A stretch of DNA of 63,369 nucleotides, counting the filler, from Octopus bimaculoides (Eukaryota): the NCBI RefSeq assembly GCF_001194135.2. It is 5 parts of 4 records of this genome, joined end to end, with 100 filler letters (N's around TTAATTAATTAA, not from the genome) between each part and the next. Parts side by side here need not be neighbours in the genome. Positions count along the whole stretch, not along the records: positions 15,227 to 29,929 come from NC_068983.1; positions 30,030 to 46,575 come from NC_068983.1; 3 more parts are not named here. One strand, written 5' to 3'. Below, piece by piece: positions 26,415-39,480 of the stretch. The number at the start of each line of letters is the position of its first letter. Within the stretch, counting starts at the first letter, position 1. Below the pieces are notes generated by a model that saw nothing but the letters and a program-made list of their open reading frames with translations, had not been told where the DNA came from and ran no database searches. The translations under genes and the position numbers were made by a program.

Positions 26415-26469
26415 TAGAGTCTGAAGAGTTGTTCAGGTCTCTGCAGATGCGAAACCACTGGTCACTCTA
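26415..26469 (+). ncRNA. Type I minimal hammerhead ribozyme
   Basis: Stem I UAGAGU/ACUCUA, core CUGAAGA, imperfect stem II closed by G-C, GAAA, stem III ACCA-C-UGGU, cleavage triplet GUC. Confidence 0.75.
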
Positions 26470-26504
26470 TGACCAGACAATAGCTTGACCACTTACAAAT
26501 ATAT

Positions 26505-27733
26505 ATATAATTCTGACAAGACAAAAAACTTATATGCGGTTGATAAGGACGTTTACAAGCATCTAATTTCGAATAGCATCACAGATACAAAAAAGATAAC
26601 ACAAATTTATGCAAAGAGGTGAATTTGGAGGCAAGAAGAATAGCTAACAATCTTAAGATTAACGATAGAATAGAATACCTTTCCCCACGACCTGCTTTTA
26701 TTACCCTAAAAGACCATAAAGCCAATTTTAATAGAAACTCCAAATGTAGATTGATTAATCCTGCAAAAACCGAAATAGGGATTATTAGCAAATATATTTT
26801 AGATCGCATTTTAACTAAGTTAGATAGTGGTTTAAATTTACGGATTTGGAAAAATAATAAGTCAGTAATAGATTGGTTTAAAGGGATTAGCCATAAGCAT
26901 AGTTGCAAATTTACGCAGTTCGATATTGTTGATTTTTACCCATCAATATCCAGACCTTTGCTCCTGAAAGCATTAGAATTCGTCAAGCAGTATGTCAACA
27001 TCGATAGCTCGAAAATAGATATCATCATACATGCAAGAAAATCACTTCTTTTTTATGAGGAATCTACCCGGATTAAAAAGAGTGAGGATTCTCTTTTCAA
27101 TGTACCAATGAGGGCATACGACGGGGCTGAGTTATGTACGCTTATAGGAGCTTACATTTTGCACAATCTGAAGCTAGAATTCCCATTTATAGACGCAGGA
27201 TTGTATAGGGATGACAGCCTTATAGTCACCCATATTTTTAAACGGCCACCAAGGGATAGGCTTGCAGATTACAATAGATACTAACCTCAAAAAAGTAGAT
27301 TTCTTAGATGTAAATTTACACTTGAATTCAGATATATTCAAACCTTACCGTAAGCCTAATGATAAACTATCTTATATTAGCAAAGAATCCAACCATCCAC
27401 CAGTTATTCTTAGAAACTTAGTTAGTAACGTAGGTAGGCGAATATCGTAAATTTCTACGGATGAGGCAACATTCCAAAATGCAGCACCTTATTATAATAG
27501 TGGATTCTCTGAGAGGATACAGTTTAATGCTAACAACAACATAACACGTAGAACTAGGACTAGGAAAGTTTTGTGGTTCAACCCAGCTTTCAATATGGCC
27601 TTAAAAACTAATATAGGTAAGGAATTTTTTAAATTAGTCTCTAGACACTTTCAACCTGACCATAAGTTTTATAGAATATTCAAAAGAAGAATGCTTAAGA
27701 TCAGCTATTCTTGCTGCAAAAACTTCGCCTCCT
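26505..27733 (+). mobile_element. Penelope-like retroelement RT (probably Naiad clade), truncated copy 1
   Basis: ITLKDHKANF, KCRLINPAK, FDIVDFYPSI, YDGAELC and GLYRDDSL motifs. Cut at 27733 by an unrelated element. Confidence 0.9.
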
Positions 27734-28456
27734 TTTCTTTTCGTGGAGGGACCCGTCTCCCCCACTAATGGGGGGGCGGGGCGGAGGGCACCTTTTCTTT
27801 TTCTTTTGCTCCAGGGCCTTACCTCGGCCCTCGGGGCAGTTCTTTTTGATGTGGCCAGGTTCCAGGCACAGGTGACACTTGGGGGGACGACCCTCAATTA
27901 TCACAGAGTACCTGGCCCTGGCCATCTTCAGGAAATCAGGGAAGCACATGTCCTCTACGGCCACTGGAGTCCACAAGGTCAATGTCGCCTTGGCACCCTC
28001 CCAGTTGACTGCAAGTGACATGTGCACATTAAGGAGCCTGGGTCCACTCACCCCACAAGCCCTGCCGGATGGTATCAGTGTTCCTCTCAACCTTAGCACC
28101 TGGGGGGTAGTCCATGAACTCAGGCTCTAATTGTTCTCCTTCCGCAGTAAGAGGGGAGGAACAAAATTTCCTCCCTCTGCAGAGGCTGACTGGCCGCATT
28201 AGCAGATTTCTCAGGGGAGTCGAACAACAACCACACCGTTGCGAACTTGACCCACCTCGAGACAAAAAATTTCTTCACTGGCAAACAAATTGCCAGCTCT
28301 CTCTCAACAATCTCTTTGTTGAGGAGGGCAATGGTATTGCGTGACCTACAATAGGTCCGCAAGACCACTGTCCTCCTCTCAGTCTCTTTCAACCCCTGCC
28401 TGGGTGGGCACAGTTCCAAAAAACACAGTTCACAAAGATAGAAAAAAAGAACAAAA
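27734..28456 (-). mobile_element. L1/Tx1-like ORF1 (gag-like, CCHC knuckle), frameshifted
   Basis: FPDFLKMARARYSVIIEGRPPKCHLCLEPGHIKKNCP (CX2CX4HX4C), preceded by an RRM-like region. GC-rich relative to the flanks. Confidence 0.75.
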
Positions 28457-28985
28457 NNNNNNNNNNNNNNNNNNNNNNNNNNNNNNNNNNNNNNNNNNNN
28501 NNNNNNNNNNNNNNNNNNNNNNNNNNNNNNNNNNNNNNNNNNNNNNNNNNNNNNNNNNNNNNNNNNNNNNNNNNNNNNNNNNNNNNNNNNNNNNNNNNNN
28601 NNNNNNNNNNNNNNNNNNNNNNNNNNNNNNNNNNNNNNNNNNNNNNNNNNNNNNNNNNNNNNNNNNNNNNNNNNNNNNNNNNNNNNNNNNNNNNNNNNNN
28701 NNNNNNNNNNNNNNNNNNNNNNNNNNNNNNNNNNNNNNNNNNNNNNNNNNNNNNNNNNNNNNNNNNNNNNNNNNNNNNNNNNNNNNNNNNNNNNNNNNNN
28801 NNNNNNNNNNNNNNNNNNNNNNNNNNNNNNNNNNNNNNNNNNNNNNNNNNNNNNNNNNNNNNNNNNNNNNNNNNNNNNNNNNNNNNNNNNNNNNNNNNNN
28901 NNNNNNNNNNNNNNNNNNNNNNNNNNNNNNNNNNNNNNNNNNNNNNNNNNNNNNNNNNNNNNNNNNNNNNNNNNNNNNNNNNNNN

Positions 28986-29929
28986 AACTTCAATCACCGT
29001 AGGCAGGCGAAATTGCCCAGAGCTAGGCGAAATTTACTGAAAAAATAAAACACAATAAATTACACCCAGCTCGAAAAAACAATTCCACCTATCTCGGTCG
29101 ACTTCACAAATTTTCAATTTTGGACAGCGTCAAACGACACACGTCCACACTATTCTTCAGGTTCACAGGAAGTGGCCAACATGCAAGACCGGAAGTCAAG
29201 GTAAGCTAGCTACTTTATTTCATTAATTAGCCATATAGGCTTTACATAGAATGGTCGTAGCTAGGGCTGGACAAAGACAAATGTAGAATGAAAGGATGAT
29301 ACATATGAAAAATGAGAGAGGCGCCGACGCCCACAGATCAGCAACCCCTCGAGTACATTTGTTCAAATTAAATAAGCATATTTATAATCACAATACAAAA
29401 CAATTCAGTTCATATGCCTTGCAAGCAGGCCTTCCGCCGCATACAGGCAACTTTCCATATTCAATTTAGCGTCAGTACTGAAGCAAATATATGCGAGGCT
29501 ACTACAGGCGGCCGCCACCCCAGCACGGGTGCTACTGGTTATTACTGCTGCGGCCACCTGCTGTGCCACCTTGAACTACTTTCGCAGGCCGAAACGTATC
29601 TATCTACGTACTCGTAGTTCAAGTGCTTCTCAACCTCCCTGAGGTACAGGAGGACACACTCTTCCTCCTCCTCAGAGGGGGGATCTCACCTTGTCCTGCC
29701 AGCGGCACAATTCCCGCTGACAGGGTCTCCCTCTCTGATGGCACACTTCCCTCCGGAGGGGTCACTGGTTCGGTCCGCGGCACATAAACGTCCGCCGGCA
29801 GCTTCCCACCTCTCTTCCTTCTCCTTTTCTTTTTAGAGGTTTCGGGGGTTAGGGCCTCCTTCGGCACACTTGAGGGGATCTTCACCTCCCCCTCAACCTC
29901 TGTTTCAACTGGTGAGCAACAATGGTTGC
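28986..29929 (-). mobile_element. ORF1-like C-terminus and 3' UTR (29929-29205) abutting a putative element 5' end (29200-28986)
   Basis: KKKRRRKR and EEEEECVLLYLREVEKHLNYEYVDRY ORF ends in TAA TAA. AATAAA at 29219-29214, then an acttccgg-containing head. Confidence 0.5.
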
Positions 29930-30029
29930 NNNNNNNNNNNNNNNNNNNNNNNNNNNNNNNNNNNNNNNNNNNNTTAATTAATTAANNNNNNNNNNNNNNN
30001 NNNNNNNNNNNNNNNNNNNNNNNNNNNNN

Positions 30030-30237
30030 CCAGGTTTTTGCATATTACCCAGTGAATATATTGTGCAGCTCTATCATGCCTGTTGAGATACTCTGTAGGC
30101 GCAAGCAGACTGCACATGGAGACAACATGATCGATGGTCTCATGTTATTGTTGGCATATACGACATAATGGGGAGCTGCCGTTCTTTAATATGTTGGCCT
30201 GGTAGTTCTTTGTAGGTAGGCATTGATCTTGGGCTGC

Positions 30238-30240
<3 letters not shown>
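30030..30240 (-). mobile_element. Second R4/Dong-clade fragment (CCHC region), 5' end at (TAA)n
   Basis: AAQDQCLPTKNYQANILK...ETIDHVVSMCSLLAPTEYLNRHDRAAQYIHWVICK is homologous to 16700-16890. Abuts the (TTA)n tract at 30241-30300. Confidence 0.85.
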
Positions 30241-30298
<58 letters not shown>

Positions 30299-31452
30299 GT
30301 TATTCACTAGTCTTATTTTTATCATTATTTTTATTGAAGATGTTATAAACAGGAGTGAAGAAAATGAGATGCTTTTACTTTCTCTTGTTTTGTATACTAT
30401 AGTTCTAACCTCAGTTCAGGCCTGGGTTGTTTTCACCTATCACTCCCTGATTTATTTACAAAATATGGCCACTAATAATACACTAGACTGGAATTCATTC
30501 AAAAGACTACATAATTTCCCTTTATGAAACTATTCTAGTGAATAGCAAAGGGATGAAAAGAAATTTTACTTTTTCAGGAATTAATACAAAATTTTTCCTT
30601 TTTTATATTAGTTGATGAAAGATTCAAAATTGATTTTGTATTGGGTAGAAAATGTACAGGTATCAAATTTATTGTGAAGAAAAATTTAGATTGTGAGACT
30701 TTCAGGACATTCTCAGTATTATTGACAGTATGAGTAAACTGAGATAACTGGAAATGAGAACTGGGACTGGATTCTGGATTACACTCACAAGAAAAAAATG
30801 CTTGTCCCAGAAAAGATTACAATTAGGGCAACTTTCAGATTAATATCAAGGTTCAATATGTGAACCTTTATGTGCTTGCTCAATCTGGTAACAATAACTG
30901 CCAAATCTCTCTCACATCATAGCCTACTATCTTAAAATAGATAAACTATTTCTGAAAACAAGATGAAGTTGTAACAGCTGGAATGCCATTGATTGCAAGT
31001 TTGTTTCATTGGGGCTTACCAGGAACTAAACAATAACAATATCAATGACACCTAAATGTCTGAGTGGGGGAAATGAAGAAATATAGTGCAGCAGTTTTAA
31101 ATTGGAAAAAGAGCAATCTGTCACTTAAGAATTTTTACCTGTAATAAATTTCTTCTGCAATATTAAAAAATCAAATTCTTTGCAGTTTATTGAAAATGTC
31201 CTTCTTTTGAATCTAAAAATTAACTCCTAGTGTTAAATGTGTGTCTTAACTACTGCGTAGTTGATATAAAATATATGTAAATTCATTACATGTGTATGTA
31301 TTAATGTGTATGAATGTGTGTGCATTTACTTGCATGTATGAATTTATTTGTATAAATCTGTTTACATGCGATTATGTATCTCGTTACATATAAAACACAG
31401 TTAAATGTCATTGGTAGTATTCATTTAATTACCTGCTAGTTCATACATGTAA

Positions 31453-31770
31453 GAAGGCAAATGGCTCAGTTGTTAGAACATTAGGCTCACAATCATGAGG
31501 TAGTGAGTTTGATTCCTGTACTGGGTTGTGTGTTGTGTTCTTAAGCAAGACACTTTATTTCACATTGCTCCAGTTCACTCAGCTGTAGAAATGAGTTACG
31601 TCATCACAGGTGCCAAGCTGTATCGGCCTTTGCCTTTCTCTTGGATAACATCGATGCCATGGATAACTGTTGCTTCCATAAATAACCTTTCTTGGACATG
31701 TGCCTCAGAGGGGAGCTTTCTAGGTGTAACCCCATGCTCATTCATGACTGAAGAGGGTCTTTATCCTTTT
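31453..31770 (+). mobile_element. SINE family D copy
   Basis: Colinear with 24128-24447. Confidence 0.78.
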
Positions 31771-32084
31771 TTTGTAGTTCATACAAGATATATCACATAT
31801 AAATTGGTCACTTTATAAAACTACTCTTTATAAGTGACTTCATTATTTCTTAATATATTCAATCTTTTAAATCTTCTGTTCTGTCCACATACATTTTAAA
31901 AACACCTCTCCCTGTTAAATCAACTTTCCTTGGATTATAAAGCCCAAAACAACTAATCTGAATCCATAACCTCACTTTAATTTCAATATATCTCAATGAG
32001 CTAATTTTATTTTTCTTCATTAAGACACTAATGAATGATTAAAGAGGTGTTGTGGTAGTTCTTGCCACAAAGCACTTTATATAA

Positions 32085-32680
32085 TTTTTTTTTTATATTG
32101 GGTAGGAAAAGAGAGAAGTAGAGTGACTCAGATGGTAAGAGGTAGAGGCAGTTACAACAGATTATTCTGAGTGGAGGTTGTAGTTGAGTAAATGTTATAG
32201 TTGTAGCTGAAGATGTTGAGAGTACACAGCATGACAGTGAGTCAACACTATAGAAATCGCTAGGAACGTATTTATTAACCAAATAGATGGCTTTCTTCCA
32301 AATGTAATTCAGGATAGCTGTGATTAAAGAGGTTTTCTTATTTTAGATAGCTATAAAAACAATACTCGATAGCTGAATGAATTCAGGCTGTTGCTGTAGT
32401 TTAGTTCCTGGTCTTCTCTGAGTGAGCAGACTTATGATTAAAGTTGTTCTATCCATAACTGTCTTCTTTTCCACCCACTTCATTCTGGCATTTCCCCAAG
32501 GATGAGTTCTATTTCGGATTTTCTGTTTATATTCATTGAATAGTTGTTAAATATCAATACTGATAAAATATCAGTACAGAGGATTGGCAGAAATGTTAGA
32601 GTATCAAACAGGATGTCTTGCAGTATCTTTTTCAGTTCTTTGTGTTTTGATGGCAGTACCTGAGACAACTGTTGGTCTTT
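32085..32680 (+). mobile_element. Old LINE RT remnant (L1/Tx1-like), tentative
   Basis: GFLPNVIQD and GISPRMSSISDFLFIFIE resemble RT domains. An inverted homolog lies at 33612-33930. Confidence 0.45.
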
Positions 32681-33611
32681 CATTAAAAAAAATAAATAAT
32701 TTTAAAAATTATATTAAATTTAAAATGAAGAAAACCCTTACCCAATCCTGCACCTTAGAGAAGAAATTATCAGGTAAAGGAACCAAAGTCTTACAAAATA
32801 TATAAAGATTCTAGGTCCCAGATCAACCATAATCTCACTTATTCCTACACAGATGATACAACTTCCCACTCTTTTAATATCTTCTGCCCTGTTTGGATTT
32901 GAAACTCCCATGCAACATCAACATCTGTCTTTTCTTACATTCTCCATTGGAATTCTAAAATTCTACAATCTAGTAATGTTTAACATTTAAAACATTAAAG
33001 TTACTTACTTCAAAGTAGAAAAAAATGCACCATAGCCTTACTTTTCATTAACCATTCCCACAGACTATTTTTGTGAAGAATCATCATCTCCAGTAATCTC
33101 TGAATGAAGTCATTTATTGTTAAATCTTATTTATAAAAACCTCATCAAGGATATTTAGTTTGTTCCTTTTTTTTTCTTCTTGATTAAACCCAAAACTCAT
33201 TGAAGCCAACAAAGGAATTCAGATGTTTGATGAACTAAAAATAACAGCTACATCTCACCTAAAATATGCTCTACCAGCTTACAAAGGAACAATACATTGA
33301 ATGATGTAGTATTTGAAATACGATACCTGAATGAAAGATAAGACAGTCATGGATAGAAAAATTTTAACCCTTTAGCATTTAAACCAACTATATCAGGCCC
33401 TAATATTCTACTTATTTTATGCTCAGACTTGCCAGATCCAACCTCTCACACCTATCCTACAATATGATTCTAAAAATAAACAATCACAGCATTGAAATCT
33501 TAAAGCTACAAGATAATACATGAATAATTAAAAACAATGTGAATAAAATAAGCATTACATTTGACCAAGTAATCTGAATACTAAAGGGTTAATCATGTCT
33601 TCCCTTGCAGA

Positions 33612-33930
33612 GCTGACCAGGAGCTAAACCACAGCAACAACCTGAAGTCATTCAACTATTGAGTACTGTTTTTATATCTGAGATAACAGAACCTCTTAAA
33701 TCACAGCTATTCTATATTACATCTAGAAGAAAGCCATCTATTTGATTGATAAATACTTTCCTACTGATTTCTATAATCTTAACTCATTTTCATGTTGTGT
33801 ACTCTTTTTGTCTTCAACTACATTTATAACATCTACAGAATCTTATCTCCTCTCAGAATAACCCATTGTATCTGCCTCAGTCCCTTATTCTCTAATTCCA
33901 AACCACTCTCTCTCTTTCTACTCTATATAA
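33612..33930 (-). repeat. Inverted diverged copy of 32085-32420
   Basis: gaccaggagctaaaccacagcaacaacctgaa...agaagaaagccatctattt matches the reverse complement of 32270-32420. Confidence 0.72.
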
Positions 33931-33989
33931 AATATATTTTAACCATGGATGGGTTGACAGGAGTTTGCAATTCAGAAGACTGCACCAAG

Positions 33990-34231
33990 ATCTACTATCT
34001 TATTTCTTTACTTCCCACAAGGGGCTACACACAGAGGGGACAAACAAGGACAGACAAACGGATTAAGTCGATTATGTCGACCCCAGTGCGTAACTGGTAC
34101 TTAATTTATCGACCCCGAAAGGATGAAAGCAAAGTCGACCTCAGCGGAATTTGAACTCAGAATGTAGCAGCAGACGAAATACCGCTAAGCATTTCGCCCG
34201 GCGTGCTAACGTTTCTGCCAGCTCGCCGCCT
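33990..34231 (-). mobile_element. SINE family A copy (alternative 3' tail)
   Basis: Reverse-complement ggcgagctggcagaaacgttagcacgccgggcgaaatg head and ctgagttcaaattcc B box. Confidence 0.85.
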
Positions 34232-35582
34232 CCAAGATCTACTATCTGCTTTGGTATGGTTTGTCCTCTTCAATGTGGATGGACATCCCTCTAACACCAA
34301 CCACTTTACAGACTGTATCAGGTACATTTTATGTGGCACCAGCACCAGTGAGGTTACTGAGTAACTTGCAAGATAAGGCCCCTCAACTGAGTGACAAGTA
34401 GTATTGAGGTAGGTGGTTTTGTGCCAGGTGATGAGATGTGAGAGTAGGATGTTAGAAAAAGGAATCTTGCAGAAGGGTTGACACATGGTCACTCCAGTTG
34501 GAAAAAGAGAGAGGAGAGAAGGAGAAGAGAGAGAGAGAGGAGAGGAGAGAAGGAGAAGAGAGAGAGAGAAGAGAGGAGAGAAGGAGAAGAGAGAGAGAGA
34601 AAGAGAGAGGGTGGGAGTAGGAGTGTCAAAACTAATTTACTTTATGTGGTTGACGCTATATTATCACTAACTATAATCAAACAATTAAGATATTTATAGA
34701 ATAGAACTTATCAACCATATCCAGCAACCAATTAGTTGTATTTAGTCCTTAATTAGTTCTGCAGCTGAATCTCAAGCTACCCTTGGAAACTTGGCCTGTT
34801 AGAAATAACAGTTGTATTCCCTCCAAATTACACTCTGCCAAGTGTTATAGATCAGGCACAGCAACATTTTTTTGAGAAGCAGGCCACATAAGCCATGGCA
34901 CATCTCCAAGCAGTCCATACTACTAAAACAATTCAAAGGTAATTCTTCTTTGTTGTACCTTTCAGAACATCCTGCAAGCTGCAGTTTGCCAGGGATTACT
35001 GTAGATATACCCTTACTGAAAAAGAGACATGATGGTCACAACTGGAATGCATTTGAGCATGAATTTTCAGGATCAGATTTAACCCAGTTCTAAATAACAA
35101 TAACAATAGTAAAAGAGTGAAAATTCTCTATGAGACAAATTTTTATTTAGTAAAAAGCAGGAAGACTTTAGATAAATGGAGAATTGCTTTGTTACAATTG
35201 ACAAGATTTATAAATATAGGATATTTGTAAAGTGATATTAGATACTACAAACACTAATTTCAAGCAGGATAGAAAAATAGGCACAGAAAGTGGACTATGC
35301 ATTAGAATCCTTTTTAAGTAGGAGACATAAAATGAAGCATTCTGTTTATAGTTTTTGTAAATCTGATGTTTGGTAAGCTTCGGTATGGCATATTTTATCA
35401 TTTTAACAATGCAACCAATTATATCTCATTTATTCTTAGCTAAAAGTCCTCAGAGGTTTGTCAACATCTATATTTATTGCTTTTTACACTTTTCACTAAT
35501 ATGTGTGTGCATGCATGTGTGTATGTGCATGCATGTGTGTGCGTGTGTGCATGTGTACATGAGCATGCATGTTTGTGTGTGT

Positions 35583-35627
<45 letters not shown>

Positions 35628-36764
35628 TGTATGTGTGTGTGTGTATTCATATCTGTGTGGATGCAGCTTGTGCTTGTATACTGTTTTGCCGTGTTTCTAA
35701 ATCAATACCCCCAACATTAGATAATTTGAAGAGTCCAGTTCTTGAAGTCATTATTGAGGCCATAAATGCTGCTATAATTCTCCAAGAACAGTGTGTTATT
35801 CTCCACTGTACAATACTCATCGGCCATATATTATTTTATGGTCTTTACACTAATTTCCCATTTTTTAAACCTTATTCATTAACCTTACTATTGTAATATC
35901 ATTAATAAGCATTAATAAGTGTTGAGTAAATATAATATACTTTTAGGAAAGAAAATACAGTATGCCTTATTCCTTTTTGTCTCTTTCTTTGCTTTGTCTT
36001 GCTCTCTGCTTAGTTTCTCGTAACTGGTTGTCAGGTTGTGTGATAGCTTGAAGCATTCTTAAGTACAAGTGGGCCATTTATCATCTGTTGGTCATTAACA
36101 GAAACTTCTAATAAAAAAACACTTTTAGATGAGGTATTGCTTCCTGTCCATTAAATGTTTTGGTTTATTTTTGTCTTATTTATGTATTTTTTTTTTTTAG
36201 TTAATTTGTATTTTATAAGAGTTATCACAGTATTTAAACATATTAGCAATGCAACTTTGATTGGATGACTCCATCACAACATCTGGTCATTTCAAACAGA
36301 CTTGAAACCAAGAGGTTCTGCCTATCCTGTTACAACTTGTTGTTGACTGTCATTGTTATGGTTGTTGTTGTTGTTGATGATGATGACGATGATGATGAGG
36401 AGGAGGAGGAGGAGGAGGAGGAGGAAGAGGAGGAGGAGAATGACAACAATGATAACAAGAATGGGCATGACAGCGATGATGACAATCATAATTATTATGA
36501 TGACAATATAAGGTTGTTGTTTAGCCACAGGCTGGATTTAATTAGGCAGACCTATGATTAAATCAAAGAACTTTTAACCATCAAAATCCTATATTTGTTT
36601 TCTGGGTATAGTGTATCAAAGACAATAGTATCAAGTATGCTTTTCTTCAGTAAAGATGGTAGCATGTCATTTGAGAAATTTAGAAAATTTAGTGACCATA
36701 CTCATGTGTTGAAACAGGTTTTGTTTTTGCCTTGAGAGGGTCACTACATCAATAATATACTCAC

Positions 36765-37095
36765 ACACTGGTCCTATTTCATTTCTTTATTATTCATAAA
36801 TTGGTGAAGAGTTTAACCAGCTTACTAATCAATTGTTTGAATAATCATTTGGCTAATTGATTATGTTTATCAATTGTGATTATGTTGACAATTGCGATCT
36901 CTTCAATGACAGACCAGGAGTTGACCTAGAGAAGAGAGGGCATATCATTGAAGAGGTTGGGAATGGCAATGAAAGGACTTTGGCACACACAACTTTTTGA
37001 TTGATTAACTGAATAAATAATCAAACAATCAATTAGTTAGTCGGTTAAATAACTAATTGATTAATAATAATAAAGAAGTGAAACTGAACCAGTGC
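36765..37095. mobile_element. Old imperfect fold-back/MITE
   Basis: Outer arms cactggtcctatttcatttctttattatt / aataataataaagaagtgaaactgaaccagtg. Inner arms ctcttcaatga / tcattgaagag. Confidence 0.5.
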
Positions 37096-39312
37096 ATGTG
37101 TTTATTAAAAGCATAACGACCTTCCCAAGATACCACAAAAATAGTAAAGTGTTATATGCAGAATTTAAAAAAAATAAGAATTAGTTGTGAGATCTGAACT
37201 TTTGATTTGCCAATTCTATGGTGAATGTCCTATCAACTCAATTAAGATTGTTCCTAACATGTATACCAACTTCTAATAAAAAAAATTGTCTTCTATCAAA
37301 TTAATTTATTCATGGAGTCAATACACTATTACATTTTTACCTCTTCACATAATTATCAATCCAGGACAATGTAAAATAATAACTGGGATAATTAAACTAA
37401 TCTCACTGCTACAATTTATTAAATGTGGACTTATGCCAATTAAGGGGAGTTTTCTTTTATTGTTTCTGTTTTTGTCTTAATGTTCTTGTTCCTGTTTTTT
37501 TTGTTAAGCGAAGATAACTTCATTTCTTATTTATTTATTTATTTATTTATTTATTTGGTTAATAATGAAGAAAAATCAAATTTACAGCAAGAATTTCTTT
37601 GGACTTTATTGAAGACAAAATGTCTGTCTCAGTGCTAATTCTGATGACCATTACCACAATAGAATCAAATAAATTGTTTAGTTTAATTAAGCTACTCAAT
37701 GGATTTATAATCATTCAAAATGATGAAATATTGTGAATCTCTGAAATGTTTCAATACTTACCTAATTACCATAAATATTACACGAGGCAATCTTCAATTG
37801 ATTTTTGGATTATATTACAAGCAAATTATTATTAAAGAGAATTGGTAATTTGATCTTCTATTCCTTGGATTATTATTGTATGGGACTTCTATAGTGTCAG
37901 GACTAAATGTATAAAGTTTGGAGTTCAAGTTTCAAGATGTTGAATTAATTATTACTTCTCTGAAGGTTGGATGTTTTGAATCTTTAGTTCAAAACTGATC
38001 AGAGTAATGTGTGTGTTTATGTATGCAAATACATATGTTTATAGAAGTGAGTGTGTATGCGTGAATATGTGAATGCATACATACACACTTAAACAAGTTC
38101 ACTTACATAAGTTTCAGTGCATCTTCCTCACCATCCCCCAGAACAATGCCTTTTCCATTTTGTCTGCTGGGACTTTGAAGTGATTTGAATTACAAGAAAT
38201 TGAGAGAATGTAAGAATTTCATAGTTTACTACATGAACGATGTTGTTTCTAGGACTCCACTGTAAGTTACATATAGACTAGAATTGAAGTAAGAGCAACT
38301 GTGTTAAGTGTACTATTTCTACCTAAAGACAGGAAGAGAATGTTCACTGGATTCACAATAGATTTGACAAGTGCAATGATCAGAATCATTAAAACATTGA
38401 ATGAAAACATCATCATCATCATTGTCCAAATCAGTTTTATATTCAGAGTGACTGCCCTTCTAGATGTGCCCCTCCCCCACATCTAGAAGTCCTTCTACAA
38501 GTGAGGACCACATCTTACTTGTATATTTTCCGATGGCATGGTTTCTATGGCTGGATACCCGTTTTAACACAAACTACTTTATCAGGTGTGCTAGATGCAG
38601 TTCAATGTGGCACCCACACTAGATACGTTGCCATGTCCTTGACAAAACAAGACTAAAGAATTTTATTGACCCTGCACAGCACTTTATGTTTTGAATTGAA
38701 ATCCAAGGTCAACTTTACATTTCATCTTTCCATGAGTATCAATCAAATAGTGGGATCATTATAACTAACTGTTCCCACTGTACAAAATTTCTAACTTTGT
38801 AAGAAATCATTTATGAAAAAGAAAATATGTTAATTGCTACAACTTGCAAAATCTCGGTGAGCTACACTGGAATGATCTCTGACTGCTGGTCTCAGTATAG
38901 GCTTGAAGCTTTGTTTTTTTTATATTTAAAAAGAAAAGGGGTGTTTTTAGAATCAATTTTAGCTAATATTTTTAATTATGCAAGTAAAGGGTACCAGATA
39001 CACCTGATTGTCAAAATACGACTACTTATTTTTTGTGTTTTTCTTTTTTAATCCTTTAGCATTTAAACCAACAATATCAAGCCAAAACTCCCTGTTGTAA
39101 GTCCAAACAGACTAAATTTGACCTCTCATATCTACCATAAAATGTCCTTCTAAAAATATACTATCACATCATTGGAATCTAGAAGCAGTGAGATAATGCA
39201 TGATTAATTCCAACCAATTTGAATAAATAGGCAGTATGCTTGATAAAATAATCTAAATGCTAAAGAGTTAAAGTTAGTCAGGGAGAAGTGGTAGAGCTCA
39301 TGTATCTTTTCA

Positions 39313-39480
39313 GATACTCATGGATGAAATTTATGGAGTTAATGCCTGGTTTGAATATGTGTATGTTAATGTCTACCAGGAGATTGGTCCAAATGTTTAC
39401 TCCAAAGTGAACTCTAAAGACATTAAAGATCAGGTGGTGGCTTAAACAAGGCAGTGTATTAAACTCAGTTTTCAACTCTG
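39313..39480 (+). mobile_element. Degraded RTE-like RT remnant
   Basis: Ends in a frameshifted GL(K)QGSVLNSVF, matching the G(L/V)xQGSVLSP motif. Confidence 0.45.

Noticed and set aside
34966-35093. Possible terminal exon (HPASCSLPG...HDGHNWNAF)
   Set aside because: Its 3' half is the same family E repeat.
39313-39445. Clean-looking exon ILMDEIYGVNAWFEYV...
   Set aside because: It continues into a frameshifted GLKQGSVL RT motif, so it is an RTE remnant.
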